A program made the position numbers and the translations under genes. Source: Thermoplasmatales archaeon SW_10_69_26 (GTDB taxonomy: Archaea; Thermoplasmatota; SW-10-69-26). Taken from it: 53,920 nt of DNA. Under the pieces are notes generated by a model. The model saw only the letters and a program-made list of their open reading frames with translations. It made no database searches and was not told where the DNA came from. This document shows, piece after piece, positions 40,581 to 49,758 of this stretch (position 1 is its first letter; each line of letters opens with the position of its first letter). The stretch lies in assembly GCA_003009755.1 (NCBI GenBank), contig PXUB01000047.1:1-53920 (forward strand), given 5' to 3'.

Positions 40581-42413
40581 GTGGACTTCCGAGCCTTGGC
40601 CGAGCGCATGGAGGCCGTCGAGGCCACGCCGAGCCGGCTGGAGATGGCCGAGCTGCTCGCCCAGACCCTGGTCCGGGCCAGCGCCGAGGAGACCCCGCCG
40701 ATCGCGTACATGTTGCTCGGAGGGTTGGCCCCGGAGTTCGAGGGCCTGGAGGTCGGCTTGGCCGAGAACCGCGTGCGCGAGCTGATCCGCACGCGGACCG
40801 GCGCCAGCCAGACCCAGGTCGACGAGCGGATGGCCGAGGACGGCGATCTGGGGCTCGTCGCCGAGCACCTGTGGGCCGAGTCCGAGGGCGGCCAGCGGGC
40901 GCTGGATGCGTTCGGCGACACCGAGCCCGACCCGGAGCTGGCCGTGCGGGACGTGCACGGCCGGTTGGCCGAGATCGGCCGCATCGAGGGCCAGGGCAGC
41001 CAAGAGAAGAAAAAGCGCCACGCGTTGCGGCTGCTCGACCAGGCGACGCCGGTCGAGGCGCGCTACCTCGTCCGGTTCCTCGTCGGCCAGCTTCGGTTGG
41101 GGGTGGCCGACCAGACGCTGCTGGATGGTGCTGCGATCGCCTACGCGCCCGACGAGGCCGTCGATGTCGGCGACGACGGGATGGCGCGGCCCCCCACCGA
41201 GCTCCGGGAGACGATGGAGCGGGCCTACAACCTGACCAGCGACATCGGGGACGTGCTCGGGACAGCGCGCGAGCACGGGATCGAGAGCCTAACCGGGGTC
41301 GAGGTCACGCCGGGCATGCCGGTGCGGCCGATGCTGGCCGAGCGAGGCAAGGACGCCGACGAGATCTTCGCCAACGTCGGCTCGCCCGCCCTGGCCGAGT
41401 ACAAGTACGACGGCCTGCGCATCCAAGCCCACGTGACCAGCGACGGGGTGGAGCTGTTCTCCCGCCGCCTCGAGGACGTGACCGACCCCTACCCGGACGT
41501 CGTCGACCAGCTCGAACAGGCCCTCGACGGGACGGCGGCCGTGGTCGAGGGCGAGGCGGTCCCGGTGGACCCCGAGACCGGCGAGATCCAACCCTTCCAA
41601 GAGATCGCCAAGCGCCGCGGCCGCAAGCACGACCTGGAAGCCGCCATCCAGGAGGTCCCGATCCACCTGTACGCGTTCGACTGCCTGTGGGTGGACGGCG
41701 AGGACCTCACGCGCGAGCCGTTGACCGAGCGACGCCAGCGGCTGGAGGCCATCCTCGGCGAGCACGAGCTCGTCGACGTCAGCTCGGCCGAGCACGTGCG
41801 GGACGCGACCGAGCTCGATCGGTTCTTCGAGGACGCGATGGCCGACGGCTGCGAGGGCCTGATGGTCAAGAAGCTCGGCGACGACAGCCACTACCAGGCC
41901 GGCGCTCGCGGGTACCGCTGGATCAAGTACAAGGCCGACTACCACGCCGATCTCGCCGACTCGCTGGACCTGGTCGTCGTCGGCGCCTGGCACGGCAAAG
42001 GCCGCCGAGCCGGCTGGTATGGCACCTTGCTCGGGGCCGCCTGGGACGAGACCGAGGACCGGTTCAAGACGGTGTGCAAGGTCGGGACCGGGTTCACCGA
42101 CGAGGACCTCGAGCAGTTGGACGAGCTGCTGGACCCGTTGACGCGGGGGGAGCCGGCCCGCCAGCTGGACGTCGACCTCGAGCCGGATGTGTACTTCGAG
42201 CCGGAGGTCGTCGCCGAGATCCACGGCGCCGATCTGACGCGCAGCCCCGTCCACACGGCCGCCCGCGACGACGAGGGCGGGATCGCGCTGCGGTTCCCAC
42301 GGTTCGTGCGCTGGCGCTCGGCCAAGGGACCCCGCGATGCGACGACGGTCGACGAGGTGCGGTCGATGTACTACGATCAACCGACCGTCGACGGGCCCGG
42401 GGCGGAGGGGTGA
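40581..42413 (+). CDS. lig: ATP-dependent DNA ligase
   Basis: EYKYDGLRIQAH, EGLMVK, WIKYK, GIALRFPRF. Confidence 0.97.
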   Translation: MDFRALAERMEAVEATPSRLEMAELLAQTLVRASAEETPPIAYMLLGGLAPEFEGLEVGLAENRVRELIRTRTGASQTQVDERMAEDGDLGLVAEHLWAESEGGQRALDAFGDTEPDPELAVRDVHGRLAEIGRIEGQGSQEKKKRHALRLLDQATPVEARYLVRFLVGQLRLGVADQTLLDGAAIAYAPDEAVDVGDDGMARPPTELRETMERAYNLTSDIGDVLGTAREHGIESLTGVEVTPGMPVRPMLAERGKDADEIFANVGSPALAEYKYDGLRIQAHVTSDGVELFSRRLEDVTDPYPDVVDQLEQALDGTAAVVEGEAVPVDPETGEIQPFQEIAKRRGRKHDLEAAIQEVPIHLYAFDCLWVDGEDLTREPLTERRQRLEAILGEHELVDVSSAEHVRDATELDRFFEDAMADGCEGLMVKKLGDDSHYQAGARGYRWIKYKADYHADLADSLDLVVVGAWHGKGRRAGWYGTLLGAAWDETEDRFKTVCKVGTGFTDEDLEQLDELLDPLTRGEPARQLDVDLEPDVYFEPEVVAEIHGADLTRSPVHTAARDDEGGIALRFPRFVRWRSAKGPRDATTVDEVRSMYYDQPTVDGPGAEG

Positions 42414-42537
42414 GGACGCCGAGCTCCGGGGCCGACCCCGCTCGTCCCGAAGCGTCCTTCACGAACATTTTTAAAAACGGGGAGACTCAAGAGTTCCATG
42501 GTTGACGGGCCCACGCCCGCGACCGGAGGACCCCCTC

Positions 42538-43551
42538 GTGGCAACGCAAGGTAGCCAAGCCCGACGCACGTACGGTGGGATCGACGACACGGGCGAGCTG
42601 CAGAACGCCGTCGACTTCGTCTCGACGAAGGGCCAGAAGATGATCGACGAGGTCGGCAAGGTCATCGTCGGCAACCGACCGTTGCTGAAGAAGATCTTGT
42701 ACAACATCCTGTCCGGCGGGAACATCCTCTTCGAGGACTACCCCGGCACGGCCAAGTCGTTGATGGCCAACATGTTCTCGCAGGCGTCGGGCGCGGACTT
42801 CCGCCGCATCCAGTTCACGCCGGACCTGCTGCCCAGCGACATCACGGGCATCTACATGTACAACGAGAAGACGCAGGAGTTCGAGTTCCGGCCCGGTCCG
42901 GCATTCACGAACTTCCTGCTGGCCGACGAGATCAACCGCGCGCCGCCGAAGACGCAGGCGGCGATGCTGGAGACGATGCAGGAGCGCCAGGTCACCGTCG
43001 AGGGGACCACGCACCAGCTCACGCGGCCCTACGTGGTCATGGCCACCCAGAACCCCGTCGAGCAGGAGGGGACCTACCCGCTGCCCGAGGCCCAGATGGA
43101 CCGCTTCCTGATGAAGCTCAGCGTCGGGTTCCCCAACCACGAGGAAGAGGTCGAGGTGCTGCGCCGACGCGTGGACCGCCAGTCCGACGATCCCGAGGTC
43201 GAGGCCGTGTCCAGCCCCGAGGAGATCGTCAAGATGCAGGACGTCATCGAGTACGTGCAGATCGACCACGCCGTGCTCGAGTACATCTCCGAGATCGTGC
43301 AGCGCACGCGCGACGAGCCCCGCGTCGAGGTCGGCTCCTCGCCGCGCGGCTCCGAGGCGCTTTTGGCCCTCTCCCGAGCCCGCGCCGCGTTCCACGGTCG
43401 CACGTACGCGACCCCGGACGACGTCAAGGAGCTGGTGCCGGCCTCGCTGCACCACCGGCTCATGCTCAAGCCCGAGCCGCGGATCAAGGGCGTGGACCCC
43501 AAGACCGTGCTGAAGGACATCCTCAAGGACGTCCCGGCACCGAAGGTGTAG
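42538..43551 (+). CDS. MoxR-family AAA+ ATPase
   Basis: PGTAKS, RIQFTPDLLPSDITG, ADEINRAPPKTQ, ATQNPVEQEGTYPLPEAQMDRF. TTTTAAAAA upstream. Confidence 0.95.
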   Translation: MATQGSQARRTYGGIDDTGELQNAVDFVSTKGQKMIDEVGKVIVGNRPLLKKILYNILSGGNILFEDYPGTAKSLMANMFSQASGADFRRIQFTPDLLPSDITGIYMYNEKTQEFEFRPGPAFTNFLLADEINRAPPKTQAAMLETMQERQVTVEGTTHQLTRPYVVMATQNPVEQEGTYPLPEAQMDRFLMKLSVGFPNHEEEVEVLRRRVDRQSDDPEVEAVSSPEEIVKMQDVIEYVQIDHAVLEYISEIVQRTRDEPRVEVGSSPRGSEALLALSRARAAFHGRTYATPDDVKELVPASLHHRLMLKPEPRIKGVDPKTVLKDILKDVPAPKV

Positions 43552-43611
43552 ATCGCGAGAGACCGCTCGTCATCGGGTACCTCACGGACGAAGAGCGCGG
43601 TCTCTCGCGAG

Positions 43612-44639
43612 GGTGCTGAACGGGACCTCTCAATAGACGTCTAACCGTTCGCGGACAACACCTCGGACGAGCACCTCTATCCCCGAGTATGCCCAACGAC
43701 GACCTTCCCGGCGTTCTCTCCTTCCTCGAGCGCTTCCCCGACGAGGACACCTGCTGGCACCACCTACGCGATGCCCGCTGGCCCGACGGGTTCGAATGCC
43801 CGATGTGCGGCGAAGACGAGGACTGGATCTTCCTCGACAACCGCAAACGCTGGCACTGCTACGAATGCGGGCACCAACCCAGCATCACCAGCCAAACCAT
43901 CCTCGAGAACACCAACCTCGACCTGCAAACCTGGTTCCTAGCCGCCTACTTGGTGTTCACCACGAAGAAGGGATTCTCCAGCTACGAGCTGGCTCGCAAA
44001 TTGGAGGTCCACCAGGAGACCGCCTGGTACCTCCAACAACGCCTGGCCCTCATCGCCGGGCCCTACGCTCGCCGCTTGTTCGGCATCGTCGAAGCCGATG
44101 AATCCTACATCGGCGGCAAGCGCGACACCGAAACGAAGGGACGAAGCACCGCCAAGGCGCCCGTGTTCGGCGCCGTGGAAGACAAGGACGACTCCGCCGG
44201 GGACTTGGTGCTAAAGCATGTGCCCAACGCGCAGGCCGAAACGATCGACCCCCACGTCGAGGAGCACATCGCCAAGGACAAGGCCACGGTCCGGACGGAC
44301 GGGCTGAACACCTACCGCTATCTGGGCGAGCGAACGGGCGTAGACCACGAGCTCGTGCGCGTTAGCCAACAAGACGAGGAGGCGCACGAGATCTTCCCCT
44401 GGATCCACACGGTCTGGGGCAACCTCAAGCGCGTCCTCAGCGGCGTCCATACGAAGGCCAGCCGGGCCCAACTCCAGGACTACCTGGACCTGTTCTCGTA
44501 TCGGTTCAACCATCGGGCTCAGCTCGCCGAGGGGTTGGAGAAGGCGTTGGGGGCTCTCGTCCAGGCGGGGCGGGTGACGCGTGAGCAGCTCAAGGGCGGA
44601 GCGGCTGCGAAGTTGTATTGAAAGCCCACGGTCAGCACC
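43612..44639 (+). mobile_element. IS1595-family insertion sequence (1028 bp)
   Basis: 24-bp imperfect TIRs (GGTGCTGAACGGGACCTCTCAATA vs GGTGCTGACCGTGGGCTTTCAATA, 19/24 identical) and an 8-bp target duplication CTCGCGAG at 43604-43611 and 44640-44647. Confidence 0.93.
43689..44621 (+). CDS. IS1595-family transposase (His at third catalytic position, ISSod11-like)
   Basis: Zn ribbon CPMCG...CYECG, HTH, VEADESY, RTDG, WIHTVWGNLKR, YLDLFSYRFN. Confidence 0.93.
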   Translation: MPNDDLPGVLSFLERFPDEDTCWHHLRDARWPDGFECPMCGEDEDWIFLDNRKRWHCYECGHQPSITSQTILENTNLDLQTWFLAAYLVFTTKKGFSSYELARKLEVHQETAWYLQQRLALIAGPYARRLFGIVEADESYIGGKRDTETKGRSTAKAPVFGAVEDKDDSAGDLVLKHVPNAQAETIDPHVEEHIAKDKATVRTDGLNTYRYLGERTGVDHELVRVSQQDEEAHEIFPWIHTVWGNLKRVLSGVHTKASRAQLQDYLDLFSYRFNHRAQLAEGLEKALGALVQAGRVTREQLKGGAAAKLY

Positions 44640-44640
44640 C

Positions 44641-44735
44641 TCGCGAGAGTACGTCCGACCGCGACCACCGCTGAGGACGTACGGATCGCCAGCATCGTTG
44701 ACCGGTCCCCACCGCGCGGTCCGATGCTGGCGAAC
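44641..44735. repeat. REP-like double-hairpin element (right part of the IS-interrupted copy)
   Basis: GTACGTCC/GGACGTAC and TCGCCAGCATCG/CGATGCTGGCGA. The left hairpin is at 43553-43610. Confidence 0.65.
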
Positions 44736-45169
44736 GCTCGGTCGCCGACCTCCCTCGCATCGACGAGAACGCCGCAAGCGGGTCGAAGAACCCGCCGGGA
44801 ACGACAGGAGCCAGCAGATCGACCGACGATCCCGCCTCAGCCTCGTCGCCAGCAACCGCTCAGACGACGTGATAGGCGTGGCCCCCTGCCTCGGTCCGAA
44901 CAGCTCGGTCGCCGACCTCCCTCGCATCGACGAGAACGCCGCAAGCGGGTCGAAGAACCTGCCAGGAACGACGGAGCCAGCAGATCGACCGACGATCAGC
45001 GCCTCAGCCTCGTCGCCAGCAACCGCTCAGACGACGTGATAGGCGTGGCCCCCTGTCTCGGTCCGAACAGCTCGGTCGCCGACCTCCCTCGCATCGACGA
45101 AAACGCCGCAAGCGGGTCGAACAACCTGCCGGGAACGACCGGAGGCCAACAAATCGACCGACGATCAGC
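44736..45169. repeat. 167-bp tandem repeat, ~2.6 copies
   Basis: Units start GCTCGGTCGCCGACCTCCCTCGCATCGACGA at 44736, 44903 and 45070. Confidence 0.92.
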
Positions 45170-45270
45170 CTGGGTGCCGGTGGCGCCGTACACGACGACG
45201 TCTCGCTCGGCCGTGGGTCCGCCGAGCCCGCGAGCCGGGCAAGGGGGGTGCCCAGCCCGGCCAGGTGGCC

Positions 45271-46269
45271 TCACCAGGGGCGGTCCATGCCCTCGCTGGC
45301 CGGGGTCCACGCGATCGTGGACCCCAGCTCCTGCTCGCGGGCGCGCTCGCATAGCATCGCGCCGGCGGCGACGGTCTCGATCCCGGTGCCGCCGCTGTCG
45401 AACAGGGTGACGTCCTCGGGGCTGGTGCGGCCGGGGGCGACGTCGGCGACGACGGCGCCCAGCTCGGCGTGGACGTGGTCGGCACCGATCAGGCCCTCCT
45501 CGCGGGCTTGGCGGAAGGCGCCGGCGTCCTCGTCGACGCGGGCGCGAAGATCGGGCACGTACACCGAGCGGGCCACGGTCCGGCCGTCGACCTCGCGTCG
45601 GCGAGGGTGGTACCGGCCCATCGCGGTCACGTGCGTCCCCTCGCGCAGGTCCCGGTCGTCGAACACGGGCTCGCCGGACCTGGTCGCGGTGACCACGATG
45701 TCGCTGGCGACGGCGGCCTCGACGTGATCGACGGGTTCGACGTCGAGGCCCAGCTCGCCGGCGGCGTGCCTGGCGAAGGCCTGCCGGTGCTCGCGCGTGG
45801 GCGAGAACACGCGGACCTCGTCCAGATCGCGCACGACGTCGATCGCCTGCAGCTGGCCCCAGGCCTGGTTGCCCGAGCCGACGAGGCCCAGCGTGGCGGC
45901 CTCGGAGCGGGCCAGCTCGTCCACGGCGACGGCGCTCGCCGACCCGGTCTTGATCGGGTTCATCGAGGAGCCGTCGATCAAGGCCAGCGGTTCTCCCGAG
46001 CGGGCGTCGAACAGCGGGAGGAAGAACCAGCCGTCCGAGGAGCCGAACCCGGCCGCGTACATGTAGCCACCCATGGCGCCGGTGTCGGGCAGGATGGCGC
46101 TGTAGCCGGTCAGCATGCCCGGTGGATCCTCGCCCTCGAGCCTCGTGCGGGAGCGGGCGGGGGCGGCTTCGCCGCGCTGGCGGTAGCCCTCGCGCACGGC
46201 GTCCACGTAATCCCGCGGATCGGCCAGCTCGTCCACGACGTCGGCCGTGATCAGACGGACCTCGCTCAT
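45271..46269 (-). CDS. Ornithine cyclodeaminase/mu-crystallin family protein
   Basis: KTGSASAVA, VGSGNQA, DIVVTAT, TLFDSGGTGIETVA. Confidence 0.9.
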   Translation of the reverse strand: MSEVRLITADVVDELADPRDYVDAVREGYRQRGEAAPARSRTRLEGEDPPGMLTGYSAILPDTGAMGGYMYAAGFGSSDGWFFLPLFDARSGEPLALIDGSSMNPIKTGSASAVAVDELARSEAATLGLVGSGNQAWGQLQAIDVVRDLDEVRVFSPTREHRQAFARHAAGELGLDVEPVDHVEAAVASDIVVTATRSGEPVFDDRDLREGTHVTAMGRYHPRRREVDGRTVARSVYVPDLRARVDEDAGAFRQAREEGLIGADHVHAELGAVVADVAPGRTSPEDVTLFDSGGTGIETVAAGAMLCERAREQELGSTIAWTPASEGMDRPW

Positions 46270-46369
46270 CGACGGGGAAACACGAGCTTGCGGGTCGTGG
46301 CTTTCGCCTCGCCATCGCGGTCGGTTTCACCCAAGCCTCAAACCGATGCCCGTCCCTGCTGGGGCGGGC

Positions 46370-47422
46370 ATGCCGACCCTCGAGGCGCTGGCGACGGCGA
46401 CACCGGACCACGATCTCCCCCAGGACACCGTGCGCGAGCTGGCCGCCTCGCTCGTCGAGGACCAGGCCCCCGAGCACGAGGACGTGCTGCGCGTGTTCGA
46501 CAGCGCAGGCATCGAGCAGCGCTCGATCGCTCGCCCGTTGAAGTACTACCTCTCCTCGCCGGGCTGGAGCCAGCGTTCGAAGGTCTACGAGGAGGTGGGC
46601 ACCGATCTCGCCGCCGAGGTGACCCGAGGCTGCCTGGCCGAGGCCGAAGCCGACCGGGGCGACATCGACGGGATCGTGTTCGTGACCACGACCGGCTTGG
46701 CCACGCCGAGCCTCGAGACCGCGCTCGCCAACCGCCTGGATCTCGATCCCTCGATCCTGCGCGTCCCGGTGTGGGGGTTGGGCTGCGCCGGCGGCGTCGC
46801 CGGGCTGGCCCGGGCGGCCGATCTGGCCCGCGCCCACCCCGAGGGCCGGTTGCTGGCGGTCTCCGTCGAGCTGTGCTCGCTGGCGTTCATGCGCGAGGAA
46901 CTCTCGAAGAAGATGATCGTCGCCAGCGCCCTCTTCGGCGACGGTGCGGCCGGCGCGCTCGTCGCCGGCGACGACGTCGACGCGGACGGACCCAAGCTCC
47001 GTGGAGCCCGTTCCCACCAGTGGCCGGACACTGGCGACGTGATGGGGTGGGAGATCACCGACCGGGGCCTGGGTGTGGTCTTCTCGCCCGAGATCCCCGA
47101 CATCGTCGCCTCGAAGATGGACGACGTCGTCCCCGCGTTCCTCGACGAGCACGGGACGACGGTCGACGAGGCGCGGGTCCCCTTCCACCCCGGCGGTCCC
47201 AAGGTCGTGGACGCCTACGAGGAGGCCCTGGGCCTGCCCGAGGACGCCTTCACGGTCTCGCGCGAGGTGCTGCGGGACCACGGCAACATGTCGAGCCCGA
47301 CCGCGCTGTTCGTGTTGAAGCGCTCGTTGGCGAAGGACCCCCTGGCGCCCGGCGAGGATGCCCTCGTGGCCGCCGTCGGGCCCGGCTTCGCGGCCGAGCT
47401 GGCGCTGGTGACCGGCGCATGA
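46370..47422 (+). CDS. Type III polyketide synthase (BpsA/SrsA-like)
   Basis: Cys-His-Asn triad GLGCAGG, FHPGG, HGNMSS, plus VELCSL, LFGDGA, GPGF. Confidence 0.94.
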   Translation: MPTLEALATATPDHDLPQDTVRELAASLVEDQAPEHEDVLRVFDSAGIEQRSIARPLKYYLSSPGWSQRSKVYEEVGTDLAAEVTRGCLAEAEADRGDIDGIVFVTTTGLATPSLETALANRLDLDPSILRVPVWGLGCAGGVAGLARAADLARAHPEGRLLAVSVELCSLAFMREELSKKMIVASALFGDGAAGALVAGDDVDADGPKLRGARSHQWPDTGDVMGWEITDRGLGVVFSPEIPDIVASKMDDVVPAFLDEHGTTVDEARVPFHPGGPKVVDAYEEALGLPEDAFTVSREVLRDHGNMSSPTALFVLKRSLAKDPLAPGEDALVAAVGPGFAAELALVTGA

Positions 47423-47937
47423 TGTGGCTTTTTTGGGTGCTGGTGGCCGTGATCGGCCTCCAGCGCGTCGGCGAGCTGTTGTTGAACCGCCGCAACCAGC
47501 GGCGCCTGCTGTCGAAGGGGGCCCGCCTGGTGGAGGCGGACGGCTACCGGCTCATCGTGGCCGTCCACGCCCTGTGGTTCGTCGGCCTGATCGCCGAGGG
47601 CCCCGCGGGTCCATGGGCCGGCGTGTGGGCGGCCACGTGGCCGCTTTTGGCAGCCTACGGCGCGGCTGAGGGCCTTCGGCTGTGGACGATGGGGACCCTG
47701 GGCGAGCGGTGGACGACGCGCGTCATTGTGATCCCGGGAGCCGAGCCGATCGAGGCCGGGCCTTTCCGTATCCTCGATCACCCGATCTACGTGGCCGTGA
47801 CGATCGAGTTGGTCGCCTTGCCGGTCGCGTTCGGGTTGCCCGTCACGGCCGTCGCGATCGGCGTGGCCAACCTCCTCGCGCTGCGCTCGCGCATCCGGAC
47901 CGAGGAGGCGGCCCTGGCGAAGGCGGCCGCGAGCTGA
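47419..47937 (+). CDS. Isoprenylcysteine carboxyl methyltransferase family protein (BpsB/SrsB-like)
   Basis: QRVGEL...RN, LGERWTTRV, GPFRILDHPIY, RIRTEEAAL. ATGA overlap with the PKS. Confidence 0.9.
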   Translation: MMWLFWVLVAVIGLQRVGELLLNRRNQRRLLSKGARLVEADGYRLIVAVHALWFVGLIAEGPAGPWAGVWAATWPLLAAYGAAEGLRLWTMGTLGERWTTRVIVIPGAEPIEAGPFRILDHPIYVAVTIELVALPVAFGLPVTAVAIGVANLLALRSRIRTEEAALAKAAAS

Positions 47938-48405
47938 TCACACCGGGCGGCGTTTGAGCTCGGTCCCGCACACCGGGCACTCGCCCTTGCGGTCGCCCTC
48001 GTGCTCGCCGCAGCCGGGGCAATACCAGATCCACTCCCGCTCCTCGCTGATGCCTTCCTGGGCGTGGCCGCGCACCTCGATGTCCATGCCCTTGGCGACG
48101 TTCTGTACGGCGTAGTCGTCGCTGACGAGCACGGCCTCCTCCTCGCCGGCGAGCGCGACCACCTCGATATCGGTGTCGGAGAGCACGTCGAGGTCGCCGG
48201 TCTCCTCGGCGTAGTCCCTCACGAGCTTCGTGGCGTAGTCGGTGGGGAACGTGGTCACGAGGCCGCGCTCGAGGATCTCGTAGTTGGAGACGTCGTGGTC
48301 CTCGAGCTCGCTCATGACCTTGGGAGGCACCAGGCACCGGTCGTCGTCCGGCGCGGTGAAGCCCTCCATCAGCGGTCCCGTGTCGACGACGAGGGTCTCG
48401 CCCAC
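47938..48405 (-). CDS. nob1: Nob1 endonuclease (PIN domain plus Zn ribbon)
   Basis: TGDLDVLSDTDIEVVALA, SDDYAVQNVA, CPGCG...CPVCG. Confidence 0.9.
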   Translation of the reverse strand: MGETLVVDTGPLMEGFTAPDDDRCLVPPKVMSELEDHDVSNYEILERGLVTTFPTDYATKLVRDYAEETGDLDVLSDTDIEVVALAGEEEAVLVSDDYAVQNVAKGMDIEVRGHAQEGISEEREWIWYCPGCGEHEGDRKGECPVCGTELKRRPV

Positions 48406-48444
48406 GAGAGAGCGAGGGGGGCCGGTCGTTTGAACCTGACGGGC

Positions 48445-49416
48445 TCAGGTGCCGTGGAGCTCGTCGTGGGCGCCGACGCGGGAGTTGGTGAGCTGGACGC
48501 CCTCGACGTGGGCCTCGTTGTCGACGATGCAGTCGGTGAGCGTGGCGTCCTCGACGCGGGCGCCGGGCAAGAGCACGACGCGGTTCAGCGTCGCGTTGCG
48601 GGCTCGGGCGTCGCCGAAGACGTAGACGGCGTCCTTCTCGGTGCAGTTCGCGAGCGTGCCTTCGACGTGGCGGGGGCCCACGACGGCCTGCAGCGCGTCG
48701 AGGTAGCCCTCGGCGGTCCCGATGTCGAACCAGTCCTCCTCGAAGCTCCAGGCGTGCACGGGACGGTCGTCCTCGACGGCCCACTCGAGGATGCGGCCGG
48801 GCGCGTCGAACATCTCCTCGGGATCCTCGCTGGCTTGGGCGATGTTCTCGTAGGCGGCGAACAGCTCGTCCCAGCCGGCCGGGTAATGATACAAGGCGGT
48901 GGCGGCCAGCGTGGAGGGCGGCTCGTCGGGTTTCTCGTGGAAGGCCTCGATCTTCGCGTCGCTGGCGAGCTCGACGACGCCGAAGCTGCGGGCCTCCTCG
49001 CGTGTGGGCAGCTTCTTGGTGGCGACGGTCGGGCCCTCGGCCTCGCGGGCGTCCTCGACGAACGAGGACAGACTGAACCCGTAGTGGTTGTCGCCGCCGA
49101 CGACGAGCACGTCTTGGTCGGGATCGAGCTCGTCGACGACCTGGAAGAGCGCGCCCAGCGCGCCGGGCTTCTCCGCCTCGCTGGCCTGCTTCTCGATCGC
49201 CAGGCGGGCCCGGGGCCGGTCGGCGATCGCCTGCCCGAACTCGTCCTCGAACTTCTCGTTCGTGGAAACGATGACCTCGTCGGCGACGGGCTCGAGCTGG
49301 TCGAGCAGCCGGTCGAGGATCGTCTGCTCCCCCAGTGGAAGCAGGGGCTTGGGGCGGTCCCGCGTGATCGGCCACAGCCGGGTGGCGTGACCGCCGGCGA
49401 GCACGATCGCTTGCAC
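48445..49416 (-). CDS. Sugar-phosphate nucleotidyltransferase
   Basis: VLAGGHATRLWP, PKPLL, FHEKP, WFDIGT, short C-terminal beta-helix. Confidence 0.92.
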   Translation of the reverse strand: MQAIVLAGGHATRLWPITRDRPKPLLPLGEQTILDRLLDQLEPVADEVIVSTNEKFEDEFGQAIADRPRARLAIEKQASEAEKPGALGALFQVVDELDPDQDVLVVGGDNHYGFSLSSFVEDAREAEGPTVATKKLPTREEARSFGVVELASDAKIEAFHEKPDEPPSTLAATALYHYPAGWDELFAAYENIAQASEDPEEMFDAPGRILEWAVEDDRPVHAWSFEEDWFDIGTAEGYLDALQAVVGPRHVEGTLANCTEKDAVYVFGDARARNATLNRVVLLPGARVEDATLTDCIVDNEAHVEGVQLTNSRVGAHDELHGT

Positions 49417-49461
49417 GAGGGAGCAATCAGGCAGCCCCCTGATAAGCACCGTCCCGACCAC

Positions 49462-49564
49462 GTTCGGGGGTGAGACGTGAAGCCACCCAGGCCGCTGAGC
49501 CCGAGCTTGGACTCTCGCGGAACCGGAGTTGAGGAAGTCTCGTTCGTTCCCGAACCTTTTCCTT
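49462..49564 (+). ncRNA. Candidate structured sRNA (~95 nt)
   Basis: GTTCGGGG/TCCCGAAC and GAGAC/GTCTC closing stems, two inner hairpins, then CTTTTCCTT. Confidence 0.5.
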
Positions 49565-49758
49565 CGCGTGGCCGATGGGGTCGGAGATCGGCGGACTTGG
49601 GAGGTCCCAGACGGGACCGCGAGGCGGTCCGCTGGCTGGCTCGCGGTCCGGCCCGATCGCAAGCCGGTGCCACGTGATACGATGATCCTCGACCGAGCGA
49701 CGTCCCGCTTGCAGCAGGCCCAGCCCGCGGATGCCCGTCAGACCGGGAGGCGACGGCG

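Noticed and set aside
44736-45169. CRISPR array
   Set aside because: Units are 167 bp and near-identical throughout, with no unique spacers and no cas genes.
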